A stretch of DNA of 33,487 nucleotides from Candidatus Stahliibacteriota bacterium. GTDB taxonomy: Bacteria; Hydrothermota; Tepidihabitantia; SM23-42. Under the pieces are notes generated by a model. The model ran no database searches, was not told the DNA's origin, and saw only the letters and a program-made list of their open reading frames with translations. Shown in pieces: positions 1 to 6,977 of the stretch. The DNA lies in the NCBI GenBank assembly GCA_030613445.1, contig JAUWLY010000002.1, positions 1 through 33,487 of the forward strand, read 5' to 3'. The translations under genes were made by a program, and so were the position numbers. The first letter of the stretch is position 1. Each line of letters begins with the position of its first letter.

Positions 1-42
1 TCGACAATGAATTGTAAAGGGGGCACTTACTCTTGACTTCGC

Positions 43-303
43 TTAGGAAACATTTGTGCCAAGTTCCAACCTCTTCACTGCTTCCCTAAGATGAGCATCT
101 GATAAGTGGCTGTACTTCATTGTCATCGTAATATTCTTGTGACCCATTAATTCCTGAACTGCTCTAATGTCAACTCCAGCCATCACTAATTTCGAAGCCA
201 ATGTGTGACGCAGGTCGTGAAATCTGAAATTCTCAATCCGAGCGCGCTTTAATGCCCAGTTGGATTGAATGAATAAAAAAGGAGGCGAGCATATAATTAC
301 CAA
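43..303 (-). pseudogene. Tyrosine recombinase (phage-integrase family) C-terminal fragment
   Basis: Translation ...ENFRFHDLRHTLASKLVMAGVDIRAVQELMGHKNITMTMKYSHL... carries the HxLRH and terminal H..Y catalytic boxes of phage-integrase-family recombinases. Only the C-terminal ~65 aa are homologous. The first ~20 aa are unrelated and the frame opens on TTG. nt 147-257 recur at 32105-32215. Confidence 0.75.
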
Positions 304-331
304 CCTCCCTTTATTCTTATAGCCAATGGAA

Positions 332-532
332 CTATCGTAACAGTATTATCTTCTCTGGTTTTTCAAAATCAGCTGCTTCCACTCTCACAAAGTAAACTCC
401 GGCAGATAATCGTTTCGGCATAATCAAAAATTCATTCATTCCCACCTTAGCTTTGCCTTTTTGTATTGTAGTAGAAGGTAGTAGATTATGAAGCTGAAAA
501 CAGTCCTTGACATCCTTGAGGTTAACAGTATA
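332..532 (-). pseudogene. 3' remnant of a gene for a T9SS C-terminal-sorting-domain protein
   Basis: The minus-strand frame ending at TAG (332-334) reads ...KGKAKVGMNEFLIMPKRLSAGVYFVRVEAADFEKPEKIILLR*. This matches the tails of the intact proteins ending at 2053, 5874 and 31975. There is no start codon, and the frame is closed by a stop near 575 and cut off by the + strand gene starting at 551. Confidence 0.5.
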
Positions 533-550
533 ATTATAGAGGAGATAGGG

Positions 551-2053
551 ATGAAAAAAAGTATCTATTTAAGTCTTTTTTACATTTTGACTTTTTGTTT
601 TCCACTTATCAATTCCAACATATATGCCCAATCAGATTGGAGTGTGGATGTGAGATTAACCTATTTTTGGGGAGATTCTGATGGCCCTCGGGCAGCGTGT
701 AATGGCGACACAGTTCATTTGGTCTGGCGTGAGCATTATTGGATTAATTCAAATCTTCACGAGGAAGTTTTTTACAAACGCAGCACCGATGCCGGTGTAA
801 CCTGGAGTGATAGTGTAAGGTTGACGACCGAGGATACCATATCTAGTGCGTCCCCAAAGGTTGCGGTTTGGGAAAACAATGTTCATGTTATCTGGAATGA
901 ACGTGGTAATTGTTATTATGCGCTGTGTTACAGAAAAAGCACTGATGGTGGCGAGACATGGGGACTGGTAGATACCTTAAGAAAACACCTTGAAGGTGGT
1001 TGGGGAGCTTCCTGGTTGGCTGTTAGTAGTATTAATGTCTATGTTGTTTTCATTCGTGAGGACAGTAGGATGATATTTATGAAGAGCACTGACAATGGTT
1101 CAAACTGGTCAAGCCAGATAGAAGTAGGGTCTGGTTCTGCTAACCCGCGCATAGATGTATTCACTCTTAATGATTCGTGCTTGGTGACATGTGCCAGTTA
1201 TTTCTCTTCTGCTGTAGAAGTGCTCTTTTATAAAAGCACGGATGCGGGAGTGACCTGGAGTGATAGTCAGTGTGTTTCACATTATGATTCAATCAGTAGT
1301 CAACGTCATGCAGTGGACACAGACGATAGTGGCGGTGTTCATGTTGTGTGGTATGACTATAAATATTCGCCTTATCCCTGGACTGGTGATATATTTTACC
1401 GATCGAGCAGGGATTCGGGCACTACGTGGGAGCTTATAGATTCATTGACCGTAGCGCATCGAGCCTTTTATTCGGATATTCTTGCTCAGGGCAACAACTT
1501 GCACTTGGTCTGGATGGATGACCGCCATGATTTCGATCATAACTTTGAGATTTACTATCGCATGAGCACAGATTTAGGGCAAACCTGGGCTCCTGAAGTG
1601 CGGTTAACCAATGCCCCTAATTGGTCTAGTTCGCCATCCTTGGCGTGCGATGGTCGATATCTTCATCTTTTCTGGTCAGATGCAAGAGAAGATACAATCA
1701 ACACGATAGGTGAGATCTATTATAAACGCAAAGATCTTTTGGTGCCGATATCCGAAGAGCATGAATCTTCTCATTCTTCACAGTTCTCTGTAGAAGTCTG
1801 GCCAAATCCATTTACTGCAGATATTTACCTGCGGATAACAGGCGGCAGATATGGTAAAGATAATGCTGGGCAGAAATCAATTGTCAATGTGAAACTTTAT
1901 GACATTTCAGGAAAGGAGGTGATATCCCATATAATAAAAGAAAGAACAAAAGGAATCAGCGTAGATACCAAAGACCCGCCCTGTGGAGTGTATTTCCTCT
2001 GCATTGAGACAGAATCTGAAAGTATAATGAAAAAAGTTGTGAAAGTAAAATGA
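551..2053 (+). CDS. Secreted BNR/Asp-box repeat protein (sialidase-like beta-propeller) with T9SS C-terminal sorting domain
   Basis: Repeated S-x-D-x-G-x-T-W boxes (STDAGVTWS twice, STDGGETWG, STDNGSNWS, SRDSGTTWE, STDLGQTWA). C-terminal tail is VWPNPF...LYDISGKEV...GVYFLCIE...KVVKVK. I prefer the ATG at 551 (GGAG upstream, then signal peptide MKKSIYLSLFYILTFCFPLINSNIYAQ) over the track start at 488. Confidence 0.8.
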   Translation: MKKSIYLSLFYILTFCFPLINSNIYAQSDWSVDVRLTYFWGDSDGPRAACNGDTVHLVWREHYWINSNLHEEVFYKRSTDAGVTWSDSVRLTTEDTISSASPKVAVWENNVHVIWNERGNCYYALCYRKSTDGGETWGLVDTLRKHLEGGWGASWLAVSSINVYVVFIREDSRMIFMKSTDNGSNWSSQIEVGSGSANPRIDVFTLNDSCLVTCASYFSSAVEVLFYKSTDAGVTWSDSQCVSHYDSISSQRHAVDTDDSGGVHVVWYDYKYSPYPWTGDIFYRSSRDSGTTWELIDSLTVAHRAFYSDILAQGNNLHLVWMDDRHDFDHNFEIYYRMSTDLGQTWAPEVRLTNAPNWSSSPSLACDGRYLHLFWSDAREDTINTIGEIYYKRKDLLVPISEEHESSHSSQFSVEVWPNPFTADIYLRITGGRYGKDNAGQKSIVNVKLYDISGKEVISHIIKERTKGISVDTKDPPCGVYFLCIETESESIMKKVVKVK

Positions 2054-2085
2054 TCTGATCTGTTTTGTAATGAAAAGGAGCAAAC

Positions 2086-5000
2086 ATGAAGCGTATATTA
2101 ATAACCATCATAAGTCTACCGCTGATTGTATTATCAGCAGAGTGGCAGTCATTAGATGCCCCCCATGCAGGACGGGCCATTGATATGAGTATAGGACAAG
2201 ATGGTCCTACCTGGGTCATCTATGCGGCAAACAAGGATTATAAGATATACAGCTCAACAAATGATGGTGCATCGTGGCAAGTGCCTACATTAGAAACCCA
2301 AGTAGATAAAGCTACGTGTGTAATCACGCGTCCAACTGGAGCCCAGTATGTTTATATTGGTAAGTATGAGAATAGTTCACCACCCGAAGTTGTTTGGCGG
2401 TCCACAAACAGTGGTGAGAATTGGCATAACCGCAGTGGTACTTCCCCTGATAACATTGAAAACACTTGGCCTCTCTGCTTTGCTATGCACCCGACAAATT
2501 CGGATATTATTTATGCCGGCTTTGATGCGACCGGTGGCTCGGAATGCTTCTATAAAACAACAAACGAAGGTGCAAACTGGACTGAATGCGGCATAGGTTA
2601 TTCAGTCAGAGACATCTTTGTAGATCCAGGTGACCCTGATAATCTTTATATAGCTACTAACAATTCGGTCTACATGAGTACTGATGCCGGCGCGTCATGG
2701 GAACAGATAGCTCCTCCGCCCAATGGTTCAGACGTATACAGTGTTGCCCTGAATAGCTCCAACGTGCTATTTGCCGGTGTTACTGTATATGGGTATGAAG
2801 AAACATACAGTAAAATCTTCAAAAGATCTGTTTCTATATGGGTAGAGGTCTACAGTTTAGGTCCTATATATCCCTATGTACCTACAGTAAATAAAATTGT
2901 GATTGATAATTCTGATGAAAGCTACATGTACGCAACATTTTGGCCATTTGGATTCCACAAAAGTGATGATTATGGTAATTATGGGAGCTGGGAAGAAAAG
3001 AATAGTGGCATAGTCGATAAGTACTTGTTTTCTTTGATTCAACATCCAAGTTCCGGTTACCTGTTTGTTGGTGGTGATATTGCCTGTTTGTATAAAAGCA
3101 CAGATTGTGGTGAAAACTGGACAGAAACTGTCGAGGGTATGAAACTCGCAGATGTGAGAAGTCTCGCCGTGTTAAATAATATTGTATATGGCGTTACATA
3201 TACTCCATATGAGGGATCTCTTTATGATGGGGTAACAATGGGTACTAGCGGAGGTCAAGACTGGCAATGGTTAAATTTGTGCGATCATTTCGCTGGCTAT
3301 TGTGGTGGGAGCTATATAGAAATCGCACCTTCCAACACTGAATATGTTTATGAAGCATTTGGGGCTGCAGGTAATGGCTTTATTACAAGAACAACTGATG
3401 GTGGTAAAGCGTGGATACTCAAGGTCGATTGCGGCAGCTATTTAGTCAATGACCTGACTGTTGGTCGCACTAATCATAACATAGTGCGTGCGTCAACCGA
3501 ATGCTTTGGAGCCCTCTCCCCTCCTCTTGTTCTTCGAACAACTAATGGTTGGGATAGCTGGACATGGGCTGAATTTCCATCTCCAGGTTATCTTCGGACG
3601 GTTGAAACCGACCCTCTGAACCTGGATGTTGTATATGCCGGAGGCTGGTGGCAGCTCCCTCCTACAGAAGCTAACAGAGGACCTTACTTGAAGAAAAGCA
3701 CGGATGGTGGTGTTAACTGGAACAATGCAGTTACAGGGATGAGGGGAAGTGTTAAAGAGATAGCAATTGATCCAATAAATACACAAAATCTGTATGCTGT
3801 AAGTGACTCAGGCCCATTTAGAACAACCAACGCAGGAGAGTTGTGGACGAGAAAGAAAATTGGATTATCTGAATATTACGGCACAGATATCATCATTGAT
3901 CCTGAGGAACCATCGATTATTTATGCATTAACGCAGCAGGATGCATTATCAACAACTAACTCATTTTATTGCACAGTCGATGGTGCAGCAGAATGGTTTC
4001 AGTTCACACTGCCACCAAGCCAAGATCCACCGAGTTACATCCATGAAATAACAATCGATGATTCACAAGCAGACCAAATCTATGCAGGAACACAGAACGG
4101 TATTTATTTGTTTTATCCCGACTATAAAATTAAGAATCTGACGAGCAGTGCAAATAAGGCAACCAGTGTGAATTCGGCAAAGAAAATGCTTTTAGGCGGA
4201 TTAAATATCTGGATAACTTATGAGAGTGGCGGTGTTATATATGCGGTTCACAGTAGTGATGAAGGTTACACCTGGTCGCGCAAAATGGAGATAGGTCATG
4301 GTTATAATCCAGCAATAAGCTCCAATCCTGATGCTGAGACACCGATACCCGGCATTGTCTGGTGGGCACCGGGTGACAAGGACACGCTCTATTTTGCCAA
4401 ACATGTATCTGGCTACAATTGGACCACACCCTTTGAGATCAAAGTATCAGCTGATGGATGCGACTTCGGACCGCCATCATTTGTGATTGGCACCGACAAT
4501 AAAGGTCGTGTCGTCTACCAAACCACCTCGGATGGCAAAATTAACTACACAGAATTTGACATTACTAATCCAAATCCAATTGACCCTGAAGAAGTCGGTG
4601 ATGGCATTAATCCGAGTATCGGCTTTATGATACCTGGGTCAAGTAATCCTGAAATCCATGTCGTCTGGGAAGATAATAATAAGATCAGGTACAAATCGAG
4701 AACGATCTCAGGAACCTGGGACAATTATTACACTGTTTGTACGAATAACTCAAAAGATCCTTCTATTGAGGTTGAAGGTTCTAATGTATATGTCGTATGG
4801 GAAAAACGAGCAGATATTCACTATCGTTATGCAGTCTACACCCAGAATGGTCAGCATACTTGGTCAAAACTTGATGATTTTGCCACTGATGATCCATCAA
4901 GCTATCCTGTGCTTACTGGTGGTAACGCGGTGAGCTGGGTCGAATATGTAAACAGCACCACTTACGAGATCTACTTCTCTTATAATTCTGGTTCTGGCTG

Positions 5001-5874
5001 GGTAGATCCCATTAATATTAGCCAAAACACAGAATACTCCCACTACCCCCATATTGTTCATAAACAAACGCTTCTGGGCACTATAGTCTATTTCACTTGG
5101 ACTGAGAATGATAATCCACCTTATGACGTGAGATTTGACAATTATACCTTTGGTGGATCAAACCCTGAGGCTGATCTTGCATTCTATATTGCTGAAGGCG
5201 GAGAACCAAAGGCATCGCCATTTAATCTACATCGTGACGGTTATCTGCAGTACGGACCTGAATTTCATAAGAAGATAGATTATGATTCTGAATATCTTGA
5301 GTATCAGTTCGAAAAACTTAATCCAGCAAGAGAATATGCTCTTGCTGCATATGCATATCAGGAAGGCAATAATAATCTGCCGATCACGATCAAAATAGAC
5401 AACGTTACAATTGGCGGAATTAATCTTCCACCAGAGACACTGATTGTGTGTAAAGAAATGGTGCCAGAAAATCTATATGCTGATAGTGCTGTTGATGTGA
5501 AGATATTTGGAAATAAAGCTGTGACTGCGGCTTTGGTGCTTTATGAGTATGAGAGAGAATCAGACAAAGGCGGTGGAGGGCCACAGGATGCAGGTGCTAC
5601 GCCGTTTAATATTGATAAACTTACGCTGAGTATTTCTCCTAATCCAGTTCGCAAGGATGTGAACATACGGTATACATTACCCCAATCCACTAAAGTTACT
5701 CTTTCGGTCTATGACGTTGCAGGCAGACTGGCGAGGACGTTAGTCAATTCCACTCAGAAACCAGGTTCATATCAGCAGTCTTTCAACACGGCGAATTTGT
5801 CACAGGGTGTCTATTTTGTCAGGTTACATACCGGCGATAAATCGATCGTGGAAAAAGTGATTTTCTTAAAATAG
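2086..5874 (+). CDS. Large secreted multi-BNR/Asp-box beta-propeller protein (sortilin/VPS10-like repeats) with T9SS C-terminal sorting domain
   Basis: AAGGAG-type SD before the ATG and signal peptide MKRILITIISLPLIVLSA. At least 10 Asp-box motifs (STNDGASWQ, STNSGENWH, TTNEGANWT, STDAGASWE, STDCGENWT, TTDGGKAWI, STDGGVNWN, SSDEGYTWS...). Tail is ISPNPV...LSVYDVAGRL...GVYFVRLHTGDKSIVEKVIFLK. Confidence 0.85.
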   Translation: MKRILITIISLPLIVLSAEWQSLDAPHAGRAIDMSIGQDGPTWVIYAANKDYKIYSSTNDGASWQVPTLETQVDKATCVITRPTGAQYVYIGKYENSSPPEVVWRSTNSGENWHNRSGTSPDNIENTWPLCFAMHPTNSDIIYAGFDATGGSECFYKTTNEGANWTECGIGYSVRDIFVDPGDPDNLYIATNNSVYMSTDAGASWEQIAPPPNGSDVYSVALNSSNVLFAGVTVYGYEETYSKIFKRSVSIWVEVYSLGPIYPYVPTVNKIVIDNSDESYMYATFWPFGFHKSDDYGNYGSWEEKNSGIVDKYLFSLIQHPSSGYLFVGGDIACLYKSTDCGENWTETVEGMKLADVRSLAVLNNIVYGVTYTPYEGSLYDGVTMGTSGGQDWQWLNLCDHFAGYCGGSYIEIAPSNTEYVYEAFGAAGNGFITRTTDGGKAWILKVDCGSYLVNDLTVGRTNHNIVRASTECFGALSPPLVLRTTNGWDSWTWAEFPSPGYLRTVETDPLNLDVVYAGGWWQLPPTEANRGPYLKKSTDGGVNWNNAVTGMRGSVKEIAIDPINTQNLYAVSDSGPFRTTNAGELWTRKKIGLSEYYGTDIIIDPEEPSIIYALTQQDALSTTNSFYCTVDGAAEWFQFTLPPSQDPPSYIHEITIDDSQADQIYAGTQNGIYLFYPDYKIKNLTSSANKATSVNSAKKMLLGGLNIWITYESGGVIYAVHSSDEGYTWSRKMEIGHGYNPAISSNPDAETPIPGIVWWAPGDKDTLYFAKHVSGYNWTTPFEIKVSADGCDFGPPSFVIGTDNKGRVVYQTTSDGKINYTEFDITNPNPIDPEEVGDGINPSIGFMIPGSSNPEIHVVWEDNNKIRYKSRTISGTWDNYYTVCTNNSKDPSIEVEGSNVYVVWEKRADIHYRYAVYTQNGQHTWSKLDDFATDDPSSYPVLTGGNAVSWVEYVNSTTYEIYFSYNSGSGWVDPINISQNTEYSHYPHIVHKQTLLGTIVYFTWTENDNPPYDVRFDNYTFGGSNPEADLAFYIAEGGEPKASPFNLHRDGYLQYGPEFHKKIDYDSEYLEYQFEKLNPAREYALAAYAYQEGNNNLPITIKIDNVTIGGINLPPETLIVCKEMVPENLYADSAVDVKIFGNKAVTAALVLYEYERESDKGGGGPQDAGATPFNIDKLTLSISPNPVRKDVNIRYTLPQSTKVTLSVYDVAGRLARTLVNSTQKPGSYQQSFNTANLSQGVYFVRLHTGDKSIVEKVIFLK

Positions 5875-5895
5875 AAAGGTGGCGAAATTAAAAAA

Positions 5896-5937
5896 GAAGG
5901 GGAGTGACAAATCAAAATCACTCCCCTTCTTTTTTTG
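5896..5937 (+). terminator. Rho-independent terminator (bidirectional shape)
   Basis: Perfect 12-bp stem GAAGGGGAGTGA (5896-5907) / TCACTCCCCTTC (5918-5929). An A-run precedes it and a T-run follows (5930-5936), 22 nt after the stop of the 2086-5874 gene. Confidence 0.8.
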
Positions 5938-6034
5938 TGCGGTATTTGTGCGGTCCATATATCAAATACCTGTGACTGTTTGTTGTCTATAATATCCTGG
6001 TATGTTAGCGGTAGAAACGGTTTATTAGAAAACA

Positions 6035-6165
6035 AAGGGGCGGCAGTTATTCACCACCGACCCCCCTATTTTTTATGCTGGCAACCTTGTGCCAAATCTG
6101 TGCCATTTTATCACCAAAACATATGGTAACAGACAGAATTCCCAGTAATAGGCAGAATTGCGCAA
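6035..6165. repeat. Dispersed repeat family A, copy 1 (~130 bp)
   Basis: Aligns with 15437-15568 in the same orientation, with about five substitutions and one small indel by my count. Contains the 19-nt core TTGTGCCAAATCTGTGCCA (6087-6105). Confidence 0.85.
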
Positions 6166-6253
6166 AATGTTATCTGGCTTGCATTTGTGCGATTTTGAAC
6201 GTGATCTCAAAGGTTATGAAAAAGGTTCAAAACGCTCTCACATGCCGAAGGTC

Positions 6254-6278
6254 ATGCGTTCAAGTCGCATACCGCCCA
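6254..6278 (+). other. tRNA 3'-end fragment (T-arm + acceptor strand), likely att-site relic
   Basis: ATGCG-TTCAAGT-CGCAT forms a perfect 5-bp T-stem with a TTCRANY-type loop, followed by the 7-nt ACCGCCC and a discriminator A. No matching 5' acceptor strand (GGGCGGT), D-arm or pairable anticodon stem occurs upstream. Confidence 0.45.
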
Positions 6279-6325
6279 TTGATTCTCAACGTTTTGCGGG
6301 CACCGCCTGTTTTTCGCAGAGGCTC

Positions 6326-6385
6326 TTGTGCCAAATCTGTGCCAACTTCCAACCTCTTCACTGCTTCCCTAAGATGAGCATCCAT
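6326..6385 (-). pseudogene. 3'-terminal remnant of a tyrosine recombinase gene
   Basis: The minus strand reads DAHLREAVKRLEVGTDLAQ..., matching the C-terminus ...SDAHLREAVKRLELGT of the 43-303 fragment. Nucleotide identity to 62-107 stops abruptly at 6380. The open frame continues to a stop at 6260 inside the tRNA fragment. Confidence 0.6.
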
Positions 6386-6394
6386 AACTAGAAA

Positions 6395-6668
6395 TTTGTC
6401 AAGGGTAAAGTGTAATGGCGAGGCGTAAACAATAAAAAAAACTACCTATTGAATGTTGATTTGCTAATGATAAACTTATTTACCACTGTGATGAAAATGG
6501 CAAGACGCGTCTGTAACGGAAAAGACAGTGGATTCGGTCCTGACCCCACCGCCATTTAAATGGGGAGAATGGAATAGGGTCATTGAAAAAAGGTTAACGC
6601 GCATCTTCGAGGGCCGAGATACGTATGGGTAAAATAAAGTCAGATGTACTGCTATCAAGGATGAAAAA
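6395..6668 (+). promoter_or_regulatory. Conserved promoter + ~190-nt 5' leader, copy 1 (paralogue at 17440-17718)
   Basis: An A8 tract is followed by TTGAAT (6449-6454), a 16-nt spacer and TAAACT (6471-6476). A leader follows containing the invariant 20-mer GTGGATTCGGTCCTGACCCC, and TGACCC...GGGTCA can pair. It aligns along most of its length with the region upstream of the second rSAM cassette. Confidence 0.6.
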
Positions 6669-6977
6669 ATGAAAAAGATGATAGGTGGATCAATCTTACT
6701 AATCCTATGTTTTGCAGTCAGTGGATGGGCTGAGGCACCAGCGCATTGGCATGGATATGTGAATTATGAAGGAGACCCAGTAGAGGGTGAATCTGTTTAT
6801 ACAGAACCAACAGATGGGCAAACATCCACGAACGCGGATAGCTTCTATGATTCATGCAACGCAAATGGAATGGGAAACAGGAAACACTATGACTATGTTC
6901 ACGCTAAAAAAACCATTGGTAATCGCTTGAAGGCAGAGGTCTATTACGCTAACGACTATTACTATGAAGTTTTTTAG
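6669..6977 (+). CDS. Small secreted protein (signal peptide, Tyr-rich C-terminus), translationally coupled to the radical-SAM gene
   Basis: N-terminus MKKMIGGSILLILCFAVSGWA-EAP looks like a Sec signal peptide. The mature part has a single Cys (FYDSCNANG) and ends YYANDYYYEVF. Its last 14 nt overlap the start of 6964-8328. No family recognised. Confidence 0.6.
   Translation: MKKMIGGSILLILCFAVSGWAEAPAHWHGYVNYEGDPVEGESVYTEPTDGQTSTNADSFYDSCNANGMGNRKHYDYVHAKKTIGNRLKAEVYYANDYYYEVF

Noticed and set aside
488-550. Upstream start (488) for the first BNR protein.
   Set aside because: The extension MKLKTVLDILEVNSIIIEEIG precedes a perfect signal peptide that begins at the ATG at 551 with its own GGAG. 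It also overlaps the opposite-strand T9SS-tail remnant.
3493-3786. Numerous 60-120 aa ORFs antisense to or out of frame within the large genes (e.g. 1956-2219, 2348-2596, 2857-3045, 3493-3786, 4201-4429, 7233-7484, 11410-11712, 14533-14829, 22416-22658, 28484-28774, 29439-29813, 30218-30526).
   Set aside because: They are fully embedded in long ORFs with clear domain content, lack SD sequences and have low-complexity, Cys/Arg-rich shadow-like translations.
6087-6106. Sigma54-like promoter on the minus strand (TGGCACAGATTTGGCA, close to TGGCAC-N5-TTGCA), present in both repeat A copies and at 6326-6344.
   Set aside because: Nothing codes downstream on the minus strand. Copy 1 runs straight into the bidirectional terminator of a convergent gene, and copy 2 runs into ORF-free repeat DNA. 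In the third occurrence the same bases are the coding 3' end of an integrase. The match is better explained by the tandem TGTGCCA units.
6203-6278. Possible complete tRNA gene ending at 6278.
   Set aside because: Only the T-arm and 3' acceptor strand are present. The expected 5' acceptor GGGCGGT is absent. The best anticodon-arm parse (loop CTCACAT) has an unpairable stem.
6075-6391. Plus-strand ORFs in the track across repeat A and the integrase/tRNA relics (5935-6129, 6075-6377, 6158-6391; likewise 15363-15551 and 15427-15627).
   Set aside because: No SD sequences. They run across obvious relic junctions. Differences between the two repeat copies are all non-synonymous in these frames (S/L, R/K, C/Y) but synonymous in a minus-strand frame.
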